The notes below the pieces were generated by a model. It did not search any database. It was not told where the DNA came from and worked only from the letters and a program-made list of their open reading frames with translations. A stretch of 51,693 bases of DNA, from positions 1 through 51,693 of the IMG/VR virus record IMGVR_UViG_3300022863_000003; one strand, given 5' to 3'. Positions within the stretch are counted from its first letter, which is position 1, and the number at the start of each line of letters is the position of its first letter. This stretch comes from a virus. Taxonomy: Duplodnaviria > Caudoviricetes. The position numbers and the translations under genes were made by a program. This document shows positions 43,180-51,530 of this stretch, piece by piece.

Positions 43180-43929
43180 TCAAGAAAAAATGTCGTCTTT
43201 CAGTCGGTCAAGCGCCATTTCACACGCTATCCCGCAGCTTATGTCCGGCTCCGCCTCGTACCTCCCGCGCCGGGGGTCGAGGTCGTACAGCGGAACAGGG
43301 CCATTCTCGTCTCGAAGAATGGTTCGCCCCATCGTCTGCTCGTAGAAGGCCATGCGCTCGAACACCTCGGGAAAGTCTGTGCGAATCTTATTCCAGTATC
43401 CCATGCCGCCTTTGACGCACCCGATGCAGTTGTTGTTGCGGTAGCCGAGCTTATACATCGCGGGTAACTCGATACCAACCTCCCGGAGGAGAGCGAAACA
43501 GTCCGCCTTCGTCATCTTCGCCTCGATCAGGGGCCAGTAAGTGTCTAGCTCCGGGAACTCTTTCTCGAACCGGAGAGCGCGGGCTTCTTCCTCGACGGTG
43601 TATCCGAACGCATGGACGTCACCCGGGCGCTGGTACGCCGCGCGAACAGCTTTTTTAAGATCCAGCGTGCAGCGAGCTCCCTTTGGTCCAACGAGGTATT
43701 TTGTCTTCTCAAAAACCTGCCATATGCTCTCGTATTTAGCTGATCGAAGCGCTATGACGGGAACCCCGAACCACGCCGCGCATTCCGCCAGGAACCGGGC
43801 GTTATCCGGGTGCTCGCTGCCGGTGTCGCAATTCAGTATCTCTGTCTGCGGCCATTCTTCTGCCAGCAGCAGCTTGCAAGCGACCGCCGACGCCGCACCT
43901 GACGAGAACCAGCCAAGGGTTCGACTCAT
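43180..43929 (-). CDS. PAPS-reductase-like (adenine nucleotide alpha hydrolase) protein
   Basis: WFSSGAASAVA PP-loop variant, EHPDN.RF, CTLDLK, YRNNNCIGCVKGG; AGGAG SD before ATG 43929. Confidence 0.8.
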   Translation of the reverse strand: MSRTLGWFSSGAASAVACKLLLAEEWPQTEILNCDTGSEHPDNARFLAECAAWFGVPVIALRSAKYESIWQVFEKTKYLVGPKGARCTLDLKKAVRAAYQRPGDVHAFGYTVEEEARALRFEKEFPELDTYWPLIEAKMTKADCFALLREVGIELPAMYKLGYRNNNCIGCVKGGMGYWNKIRTDFPEVFERMAFYEQTMGRTILRDENGPVPLYDLDPRRGRYEAEPDISCGIACEMALDRLKDDIFS

Positions 43930-44095
43930 TCCGATCTCCTGTTTCGACGATGTTGTTACCGTAACACGGACAGCACTGTTTTGCGAGGAAAAAAAAATAT
44001 GGGCCGGGAGGGGTAGGGTATCCCTGTATTCTGGAACGGCAAGGCCCATCGAGACTCTAGCAATGTAACTTTCGAGGCCGGATTGCCCCAGGGTA

Positions 44096-44124
44096 AGCGT
44101 ATACCATCCTGTTACGCCTGTCAA
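44096..44124 (-). promoter_or_regulatory. Sigma70-type promoter with a GTAACA box in its spacer
   Basis: TTGACA-N17-TACGCT. Confidence 0.65.
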
Positions 44125-44230
44125 TCGACAATGTAACGAACGTAGACACAGTGTTTTAGGATTGTAACACGCGGAAGCCCTAGCGTTTCTGCCGTTCCTC
44201 GGGTTATCCTGATACGGAGTTTTGACTCGG

Positions 44231-44251
44231 CGACGACGACGACGACGACGA
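44231..44251. repeat. (CGA)7 microsatellite
   Basis: Read directly; 15 nt upstream of ATG 44267. Confidence 0.9.
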
Positions 44252-44266
44252 AACGGGGAAAATCCG

Positions 44267-44686
44267 ATGCAAACGACTGAAGACGTGCACACTTTCGCCG
44301 CGCACTTGCCCAAAAGGGGCAGGGGCACTGTCCTATTTCCAGTGGCACATGCTCAAGTGCACGCAGCCGCGTTGTGGGCTGAAACAATCCAAGCCATTTG
44401 GCCCTGGCGAGATAGGCAATATCAGGGGTATGGGCCGGAAGCCTCAAAGGCTTTAGGGCTGAAACTGAACACGGTCTACCGTTGGCTTTATAAGGGAGCT
44501 AACCGTATATCGCCGGAAAGCGCGGATAAGATCGCCGCGTTATGCCTCTCAAGAGGAACGGCGCTACTTCAGCTGGCCGAAGAATGGCGCAGGTATAGCG
44601 AAGACCGGACGGCAGACATAAAAGCTAACAAGAAAAATCCCCCAGCTTGCCCCCCTGGTGGTTTCCTAACTTCAAAAAAGCGTTAA
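44267..44686 (+). CDS. HTH protein (repressor-like)
   Basis: ASKALGLKLNTVYRWLYKG...ISPE. Confidence 0.6.
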   Translation: MQTTEDVHTFAAHLPKRGRGTVLFPVAHAQVHAAALWAETIQAIWPWRDRQYQGYGPEASKALGLKLNTVYRWLYKGANRISPESADKIAALCLSRGTALLQLAEEWRRYSEDRTADIKANKKNPPACPPGGFLTSKKR

Positions 44687-44728
44687 TTTCTGCCATTTTC
44701 ATAGCGTTTCAGCAATGTCATTTTGTGC

Positions 44729-44757
44729 TTGCAAACTGGCAATCTTTGCAGTATTGT
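44729..44757 (+). promoter_or_regulatory. Early-type sigma70 promoter with a GGCAA-N3-TTGC palindrome in its spacer
   Basis: TTGCAA-N17-TATTGT. Confidence 0.6.
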
Positions 44758-44792
44758 CTGTCTTAACGAAACGCGAATTGGAGTTAACGAAA

Positions 44793-44987
44793 ATGGCATA
44801 CGAGTTAATTGTGGGAAATCTCGGAAAAGTCCATTTTGGATCAGACGAAGCCGAAGCGCGGATGAAATTTGCGGCATACGTTATCTGCTCTGAATCCCCT
44901 CATACCCGCGCCTCCGGCGAAGATGTTACTCTTCTCGAAGACGGCGAGATTATAGCGGAACACTCAAGCAAAAACACGGACGATTGA
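44793..44987 (+). CDS. Small early-region protein
   Basis: MAYELIVGNLGKV..RASGEDVTLLEDGEII; GGAG SD. Confidence 0.7.
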   Translation: MAYELIVGNLGKVHFGSDEAEARMKFAAYVICSESPHTRASGEDVTLLEDGEIIAEHSSKNTDD

Positions 44988-45100
44988 CCGCGTTCGCCAG
45001 TGACCTACGCCAGTACGCCAAACTGTCTGAGTGCAATTGGCGGGAACTCGCACAATCCGAAATGGAGGTCTGAACCATCGCACCCGAACCAGAATGTTCG
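44982..45100 (+). repeat. Degenerate duplicate of 45389-45548
   Basis: Near-identical sequence lacking a 39-bp internal segment. Confidence 0.9.
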
Positions 45101-45132
45101 GGACGGCTGGGTCTAAGAGATCCAGCGTCGAA

Positions 45133-45181
45133 TAACACTTTAGGCTTGCCGGGCCAAGCGCCCGGTTTTCCTAAACCGTTA
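45133..45181 (+). repeat. 49-nt intergenic hairpin element, copy 1
   Basis: TAAC-AC-TTTAG..CCGG..CCGG..CTAAA..GTTA; second copy at 46587-46635. Confidence 0.8.
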
Positions 45182-45250
45182 AACTGAAGGAAACCGAAAA
45201 GTGGCAAAGATTGCCGCATTGTCTGTCTTAACGCAACGGGAGCTACCGAT

Positions 45251-45520
45251 ATGACCGACACCACCTATCAAGGCTGGAGCAACCGCGCGACATGGAACGT
45301 CGCCTTGTGGCTCAACAATGACTACAGCCTGTATCGCGGAAAGGAAGACCTCGCCAAGCGCTACCGCGACAGCGAGGACCGCGCCGACCAATTGACCGCG
45401 TTCGCCGGTGAACTACGCCAGTATGCTAAAGACACTTGGCCGAACGGCGAAACCCCAGACAACGCCAGACTGTCTGAGTGCAATTGGCGGGAACTCGCAC
45501 AATCCGAAATGGAGGTCTGA
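45251..45520 (+). CDS. Hypothetical phage protein (YxGWxNxxTWNVALW family)
   Basis: YQGWSNRATWNVALWLNND; GGGAG SD. Confidence 0.75.
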   Translation: MTDTTYQGWSNRATWNVALWLNNDYSLYRGKEDLAKRYRDSEDRADQLTAFAGELRQYAKDTWPNGETPDNARLSECNWRELAQSEMEV

Positions 45521-45651
45521 ACCATCGCGTCCGAACCAGAATGTTCGGCAAGGCCGGCGCTTTGAAGCACGAACGGCTTTAGTCAGTTTTAACCTTGCGC
45601 TTGACAAGTTAGGCGCAAGTGTAAAACCGATTAGCTAGAAAGGATAAAATC

Positions 45652-46239
45652 ATGTCCCGCACTATCGAAAAGACCGTTTTCACTTTTGACGAATTGAGCG
45701 AAACCGCCAGGGAGAAAGCCCGCGAATGGTACAGGGAAGGCGCGCTGGATTACGAATGGTACGACGCTGTTTACAAGGACGCCATGGCTTGCGCCAAAAT
45801 CCTCGGAATCGACATTACCAAAATATATTTCTCTGGCTTTTCTAGCCAAGGGGACGGCGCTTGCTTTGAGGGCAGCTATTCCTACGCCAAGGAAGCGCCG
45901 AAAGCGATTAAGGCTTACGCGCCGAACGATAAGGAATTGCTCCGCATTGCTTACGCCCTGCAATCAGCGCAGCGCAAAGCCTTTTACCAGCTTTATGCCA
46001 CAACTGAGCATCACGGCCATTATTATCACTCCGGCTGCATGGCAGTTTCCGTTGAGCATGGAAACCGCGACGTTTCCGAAGCCGAAGAAGACGCCGTAAC
46101 GCAAGCCTTGCGCGACTTTGCCGGGGAGGTATACGTTTCGTTGGAGAAGGAATACGAATGGTTGGATAGCGACGAACAAGTAGACGAAAATATCATCGCC
46201 AATGAATACGAATTCACCAAGGAAGGGGCGAGCGCATGA
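45652..46239 (+). CDS. Conserved acidic hypothetical protein
   Basis: VFTFDELS..AREKAREWY, YFSGFSSQGDGACF, ANEYEFT; AAGGA SD. Confidence 0.8.
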   Translation: MSRTIEKTVFTFDELSETAREKAREWYREGALDYEWYDAVYKDAMACAKILGIDITKIYFSGFSSQGDGACFEGSYSYAKEAPKAIKAYAPNDKELLRIAYALQSAQRKAFYQLYATTEHHGHYYHSGCMAVSVEHGNRDVSEAEEDAVTQALRDFAGEVYVSLEKEYEWLDSDEQVDENIIANEYEFTKEGASA

Positions 46240-46403
46240 CTCCCGCCGTCCAAGCCAAATGGCTGGAAACCCGTGCCAAAGAGGCATGGAATCTCGCCCA
46301 AAAGTACCGCGCTAGTGACCCGGAGTTAAGCCGCAAATGGCTTTCTGCGGCGACCAGACTAGCCGAAATATCGGCTGAACTAGTGAATTTGGAGGATTGA
46401 AAA

Positions 46404-46589
46404 ATGACCGCTTTTTATCTCCAGGATGTAACCGGCGAAACTCGCTGCTACACGATTGCAGATATCTCTTACGAACAGAGATTCCGCACGCACGCGGCTT
46501 GGTATCTCCGCCAACGGAACCTGAAAAATAGCAGAGGGGAAAACATCTATCCGCTTATCAAGCCCGTCAAAATTGTTATCGAGGACTAA
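46404..46589 (+). CDS. Small hypothetical protein
   Basis: GGAGG SD. Confidence 0.6.
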   Translation: MTAFYLQDVTGETRCYTIADISYEQRFRTHAAWYLRQRNLKNSRGENIYPLIKPVKIVIED

Positions 46590-46635
46590 CACTTTAGCTC
46601 TGCCGGTCTGACAAGCCGGCTTTCCTAAACTGTTA
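46587..46635 (+). repeat. 49-nt intergenic hairpin element, copy 2
   Basis: Same outer stems as 45133-45181, different inner sequence. Confidence 0.8.
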
Positions 46636-46651
46636 ACCGGAGGCAAAAATC

Positions 46652-46861
46652 ATGCCAGGCGAATTTCCTATCGGCACGGAATACATGACACGCGGAAAGC
46701 ATCCGCGCAAATGCCGGGTTATCGACGTTTGGAAAACCTACAATTCCGCCGGCGAACTTGTGCATACGCGGTATGTCACAGAGCACGAATTTTGCAGCCA
46801 AATGGTCCGGGAATTCGACGTTGTGCAGACCACGATTGCAATGGGGCGGGTGACGCCATGA
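46652..46861 (+). CDS. Small hypothetical protein
   Basis: GGAGG SD; FPIGTEYMTRGKHPRKC. Confidence 0.7.
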   Translation: MPGEFPIGTEYMTRGKHPRKCRVIDVWKTYNSAGELVHTRYVTEHEFCSQMVREFDVVQTTIAMGRVTP

Positions 46862-47049
46862 CTCAAAAACGTAACGCGTTACTGGGTGACACTCGATTCT
46901 GCGACAAGTGGCTAGGCGCACACCATACCGCCGAAGAAGCCCGTGCGGCTTGCGCTGAGTACGATGAAAGCCGCTGGCTGGTGCAGGCGTAGCCGAAGAG
47001 GCTTCCTGCCGCCCCGTACCCTTTAAAACCGATTTTTGGAGTATCCACC

Positions 47050-47382
47050 ATGAGCTTTCATCGCACCCCCACTGGCCACGTCGAGTTCATCGCGAAATGG
47101 GGACACGGTCGCGGTTCGCCGATCAACCCTAGGCGTCCCGCCACCGTCACCACCAACGACGGCGACGGGCATTACGCGGGATGGAGATACGTCGGAAACC
47201 AGCTAGACGCGCTGACGACCCTGGCGCGGCGAGAGCGTCGACTGAGCTCCGGCAGCGGATGTGTCGCCGTCCGTTATAACAACGGCTACGTCCTTGAATC
47301 CGCACCTGACGATTTCTGGATCGAAGAAGACGGCGAATTCCGCCCGAATATCGCCGCTTACCCCAATATCATCGCGTGGTAG
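47050..47382 (+). CDS. Hypothetical protein
   Basis: GGAG SD; 110 aa. Confidence 0.6.
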   Translation: MSFHRTPTGHVEFIAKWGHGRGSPINPRRPATVTTNDGDGHYAGWRYVGNQLDALTTLARRERRLSSGSGCVAVRYNNGYVLESAPDDFWIEEDGEFRPNIAAYPNIIAW

Positions 47383-47520
47383 CCATGAGCCACGCCCGAC
47401 ACTCTCACGCCCCGCAACCCCATAGCGGAGGCCTAGTGATACTGATCCTCGCCGTCTTGGCCGTCATAACCTGCCGGCTCACTCTCAAAGCGGGCCGGGC
47501 CATTTACCGGAGAACGAAAA

Positions 47521-47972
47521 ATGCAGTTTGAAATCACGAACCGTTGGGCCGGAAAAGTCCAAGTTACCGCCGAAATAGAAGCCGACGAAAGCGCCGCCAT
47601 TCCCATCAGGATCGGCCTAGCCGTCAGGTGGGCAGTTAAGTCAGGCGCGTACCTCATAGGCGCGAACCTCAGAGGCGCGTACCTCGAAGGCGCGCGAACC
47701 TCAGAGGCGCGTACCTCGAAGATCAGTCGAAACTGACCGGGGAGCGCCCCATCCTGATCATCGGGCCACTCGGGAGCCGTTGCGCGTATTTGACCATCTA
47801 CCGAACGGACGGAGGTCTTCGCGTCAAAGCCGGTTGCTTCTTCGGGTCTGACACCGATTTCGAGAAAGCCGTCACGGAAACCCACGGCACCCGCAAACAC
47901 GCGACCGACTACGCCGCGGCCATCGCCTTCGCACGTATCGCGCTTGCGGAGGAACCGGCCAAAGAGGACTAG
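47521..47972 (+). pseudogene. Pentapeptide-repeat protein with a +2 frameshift
   Basis: Five 15-bp GA(Y/N)Lx units; the fourth carries an extra CG, and removing it joins the ORF to IGPLGSR..AGCF.G. Confidence 0.75.
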
Positions 47973-47978
47973 ACCCCA

Positions 47979-48014
47979 GCCCCCGCCGCTTCACGGTGAC
48001 GGGGGTTTTCTTTT
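47979..48014 (+). terminator. Intrinsic terminator
   Basis: CCCCCG...CGGGGG followed by TTTTCTTTT. Confidence 0.7.
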
Positions 48015-48036
48015 GTCCAGGTTTCCGGCCAAGGCC

Positions 48037-48271
48037 TTAAAATCTTATCCTGTTATTTTGTATAAAACCGACCGGGAGATAATTTATAAAACTCTTCTCT
48101 CCCTTCAGGCATAAACGATAATGCAGGCCATAATGCACTAGCACCCCCCTAAAGGGGGGATGCATTAATGCATTATTGATGTGCCTCGGCGGATAATGCG
48201 CATTATTTTGAAAATGCATTATTGCATTATCCTAGGCTAACCCATTGATCTTCCTGCATTTCCATAATGCA
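48037..48271. other. Putative replication origin (AT-rich, with ATAATGC iterons)
   Basis: About nine ATAATGC/GCATTAT-like copies in both orientations around CCCCCCT-AA-AGGGGGG; at the 3' end of the primase-helicase. Confidence 0.6.
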
Positions 48272-50203
48272 CTTTGCCTCGACAAGCTGCTTTACGGCAC
48301 GGCGAAAATTGCCAAGCCACGCATTATTGTCCCTAAGCGCCTCATCCCCCATTTTAACCCGGTCGGCAGCCGCACTTTTTCCCATATCTCGCGTATAATC
48401 GCGCCACTTATCCATCGTGATAAAATTAAGTCCGTCGCTTCTGGCTTTATCTAAAGCGCCGTTGAAGGCGTCCAGCATGAACAGCGCCCGGTCTGGAAGC
48501 TTCCTTTTAGACGTTTTGCCAGCCTTCACCTCTGGCGCCGACGCCTCCGCCGGTTGAATGACGCAAGAGGTTATGTTCTTTCCGTAGGGGTTTACCCCCA
48601 ACGTGATGACCTTCAGATCAAACCCCAGCGGGCGGGAAAACTCCATCTCGCGCTGCTTGACCGTGTGGATGGTGTTCGACACCACCTCGATTTCGGTGTC
48701 CACCGCGGCCCGCAAAGAGGAATGTCCCCGGGCCCCTCGCTCGCTGTCCTTACCGCAATGGTGGACCGACATGGCGTGTGCGCGGGTCGCGTGCCGGAGC
48801 AGGTCCACCGTGGCGATGTAGGCGCCCATGTCCTTCGGACCATTCTCATCACCGCCGGCCATCGCCCTGGATAGCGTATCGATCACCACCAGCTCCACCC
48901 CCGCGCGATGGCGGAGCTGTATCCCGAAGATGGCGTTCTTTACGCGCACGGCGTCATCATAATTAGATCGAAGGTCCACCGAAGCCGGAATCACGTACAG
49001 CGGAACGTCGTCTAACGCGCGGCCTTCCTCTTTCAGCCGGTCGGCAAACTCAATCTGAAGCGCGGCCATGCGCGAAGAAATTCCTCCGCCCCCCTCTGCT
49101 GCGATAATGACCGTTGGACCCTGCGAGACTTTGCGGCCCATCCAGTCCCAGCCCGCGGCGATGTGCCACGCCATATCCACCGCGACAAAGGTCTTGCCTG
49201 CGTTGGATTCCCCGAACATGACACTCATCGCGCCCTTGGACAGCATCCCCTCAATCAGATCCACCCGGTTGAGATCGGGCTTGCAGGCGTTGAAGTGGAC
49301 GATGGGAAGCGGCTTCGGGCCGTCTTGGGTAGCGGGGGCCGGGGCTTCGCCCATATCGACGGGCTCCGCCCAACTGGCATCCACGCCTTTGGACCCGGGG
49401 GCGTTCTGCCCGTTCGCGTAAGCCGAGTTGACCTTGACAGCCAGGGCCTCCGGCTCCCACGGGGGCGAGCAACGCGGATTGAAGTGCTCCTCAATAAGGG
49501 CTTGGCACAGGGATCGGGAAATACCGAAGTCCTTGACCATCGCCGCTGTCTGGTAAGTGAGGGTATCTCCGCCTTGGCCTTGAATGGCCGGGGCGGTTCG
49601 CTCCAGATAGTCGGTGGCCCGATTGATATTGAACGGCTGGTCTAGCTCTGTGACCGCCGCCTGCTCCGGGTTGCGGTGCTTCGCCCGGCTCTTGATTTCT
49701 GTGATCAGCCAATCGGGGGCCTCGGCTATCGGCGCGTCTTGGGCGACTGTGTATTCGCCTTCGGGGGTAGACGACCCCGGCGCGACGACGTAGCCGCCCT
49801 GCGACCGGATGTCGAGCCCTTCGCCCAACACGTCAACGCCGGATGCGACTTTAGCCGAGGTGCGAAAATAGAGGTGCCGCCCGCCGGTGGGGGTGCGGAC
49901 TTCATAGGTGGCCGGCAAGTCGTCGTGCATCATCTGGAAAAGAGCCAGGGCGCGTTCGCCGTCTTTTCCCTTCTTCACGTCAACGTCGATAACAAGCAAA
50001 GCTTCCGAAACGCGGTAGCGCCCGGTGAACACGCCCGCATTGTAGTTTCCCGTGGGCAGCCACCCCAGCCGGTCCCACGCGGAAGACGCGCGGGCCTGCC
50101 ACTCTTGCACGGCGGGGGTCTTCCCGTTGGGGATGACGGGGAACAGCTTGACGTTTTTGCTGTCGGGGAGCGACTTCATCAATTCGAGGTCCATGGCAAT
50201 CAC
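48227..50203 (-). CDS. Prim-Pol primase fused to a RepA/AAA_25-type helicase
   Basis: KTP, VIDVDVK, TPTGGRHLYF, DIRSQGGYVVAPGS; GESNAGKT, VVIDT, HHCGKD..RGARGHSSL. Confidence 0.92.
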   Translation of the reverse strand: MIAMDLELMKSLPDSKNVKLFPVIPNGKTPAVQEWQARASSAWDRLGWLPTGNYNAGVFTGRYRVSEALLVIDVDVKKGKDGERALALFQMMHDDLPATYEVRTPTGGRHLYFRTSAKVASGVDVLGEGLDIRSQGGYVVAPGSSTPEGEYTVAQDAPIAEAPDWLITEIKSRAKHRNPEQAAVTELDQPFNINRATDYLERTAPAIQGQGGDTLTYQTAAMVKDFGISRSLCQALIEEHFNPRCSPPWEPEALAVKVNSAYANGQNAPGSKGVDASWAEPVDMGEAPAPATQDGPKPLPIVHFNACKPDLNRVDLIEGMLSKGAMSVMFGESNAGKTFVAVDMAWHIAAGWDWMGRKVSQGPTVIIAAEGGGGISSRMAALQIEFADRLKEEGRALDDVPLYVIPASVDLRSNYDDAVRVKNAIFGIQLRHRAGVELVVIDTLSRAMAGGDENGPKDMGAYIATVDLLRHATRAHAMSVHHCGKDSERGARGHSSLRAAVDTEIEVVSNTIHTVKQREMEFSRPLGFDLKVITLGVNPYGKNITSCVIQPAEASAPEVKAGKTSKRKLPDRALFMLDAFNGALDKARSDGLNFITMDKWRDYTRDMGKSAAADRVKMGDEALRDNNAWLGNFRRAVKQLVEAKCIMEMQEDQWVSLG

Positions 50204-50373
50204 TCCGCCGTCAGAATTCCTCGGGCGGCCAGTGCTTCGCGCACCAAGACCTGCATTTGCTTCGCCTGCGAGCGGAATTCGCTCTGCGCCAGTTTGGCGA
50301 CGGCTTCTCGCAATACCGGATCAAGGTCGGAGATGCAGAAATCCCGCCCGGAGCGGCTTTTCTGTTCAGTCAT
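50200..50373 (-). CDS. Arc/ribbon-helix-helix regulator (57 aa), not in the ORF track
   Basis: MTEQKSRSGRDFCISDLDPVLREAVAKLAQSEFRSQAKQMQVLVREAL; GTGA overlap with the primase. Confidence 0.7.
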   Translation of the reverse strand: MTEQKSRSGRDFCISDLDPVLREAVAKLAQSEFRSQAKQMQVLVREALAARGILTAE

Positions 50374-50830
50374 TTTGGAGGGCCCCCTATGAATGGTGTT
50401 ATCTTTTATAGCTTGATGTGGGGAGGGGGCGGCGTCAAGATGTTTTGCGGAAGGGTTTTGACCCTACACTGAATTTTCTGAGAGGAGCAAGGCCGTGGCC
50501 ACCGTTCGATGCGTCGATTGACGACATTTTTGCTTAGCTTAACGACGCCAGGGAGGAGGGGGCGATGTACCCTCCAGAGGACAATCCGTTTCTTTGGCGG
50601 AAAATCTGGCCCCACATATCAGACGTGAGAATCGGTGCATCGCCCAAATCACTACGAGAAAACTCAACACTTAGCGCTCGGTCTCCTTAACAGGAGCCGA
50701 GCAACTGCCCGACCAAAATAGATAAAAAGAAACCGTCTCTCGGCTCAACGCCCCGCTAGGTCGGGGACACACCCATCAGGGCGGAGCATGAGAGACGGTT
50801 TCCGTTTGGCAGAATGACTTGTGCGGGGAT

Positions 50831-51049
50831 TTACGTCAAGTCTGCTTCCTCCTCGTCCACGTAGCCGTCAAATTCGTTTTGGAATCTCTCCAGCTCCCGG
50901 CTGCCAGATTCGCCATCGGCCCAATTGTTTTGCGCTATTTTACGGGCGTAGAAACAGTTTTCGCTGTCTCCACCTGACGCACAGCTATCCCCCAGCGTGT
51001 CGAAGTGCTTTCGGCATTTTGGGCACGGCTGCAATCCTGTCTTACGCAC
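50831..51049 (-). CDS. Small hypothetical protein (CxxC)
   Basis: 72 aa, coupled to the upstream gene. Confidence 0.55.
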   Translation of the reverse strand: MRKTGLQPCPKCRKHFDTLGDSCASGGDSENCFYARKIAQNNWADGESGSRELERFQNEFDGYVDEEEADLT

Positions 51050-51261
51050 TACCCCACCTCCACACTATCAACGTCCACCTGAAACTCCCGGCTAGTGCCG
51101 TCATCGTCGCCCCAGGCGCCCACGATGTAGCCGGTGATCGTGACACGGACTTTCTTGTCCTCGTTCGGTTTCGGCCCGCTGGGCGTTGGGCCGAGTAGTT
51201 TGAACAGGGCCTTGCGGCCCTTCTTCACGTCGAGTAGGGCGAAGTCAGACTGTATCTTCAT
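51049..51261 (-). CDS. Hypothetical protein
   Basis: GGAGGT SD; ATGA overlap. Confidence 0.7.
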   Translation of the reverse strand: MKIQSDFALLDVKKGRKALFKLLGPTPSGPKPNEDKKVRVTITGYIVGAWGDDDGTSREFQVDVDSVEVG

Positions 51262-51530
51262 TCGTTACCTCCCGGCGCAGGCTCGGCGGGGGTGAGGGCG
51301 TTGTCGAGCGGTTTGCAGCGGATATGCTCCCAACGCGCAGAGATAAAGCACACTTCGCCTGCGTTAGGCCGATATGTTGACTTTCCGCCCTTGGTCCAAC
51401 TGTTGGAAATGTCCGGTACTGACTGAATCTCTTGGTGGGCCTGAAGAACCGCATAGGCCGCCGTCAATTTTTGCAGCCGCGCAATTTCGGCGTCCTTGGC
51501 CTCGATCATGGTGGTGATGTCGTCAGTCAT
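51258..51530 (-). CDS. Hypothetical protein
   Basis: Start at MTDDIT via an ATGA overlap. Confidence 0.55.
   Translation of the reverse strand: MTDDITTMIEAKDAEIARLQKLTAAYAVLQAHQEIQSVPDISNSWTKGGKSTYRPNAGEVCFISARWEHIRCKPLDNALTPAEPAPGGNE

Noticed and set aside
43930-44328. Poly-Arg and poly-Val ORF extensions through (CGA)7, including the long N-terminus of ORF 43180-44328
   Set aside because: Better SD-backed starts exist at 43929 and 44267; the region holds promoter and operator-like motifs.
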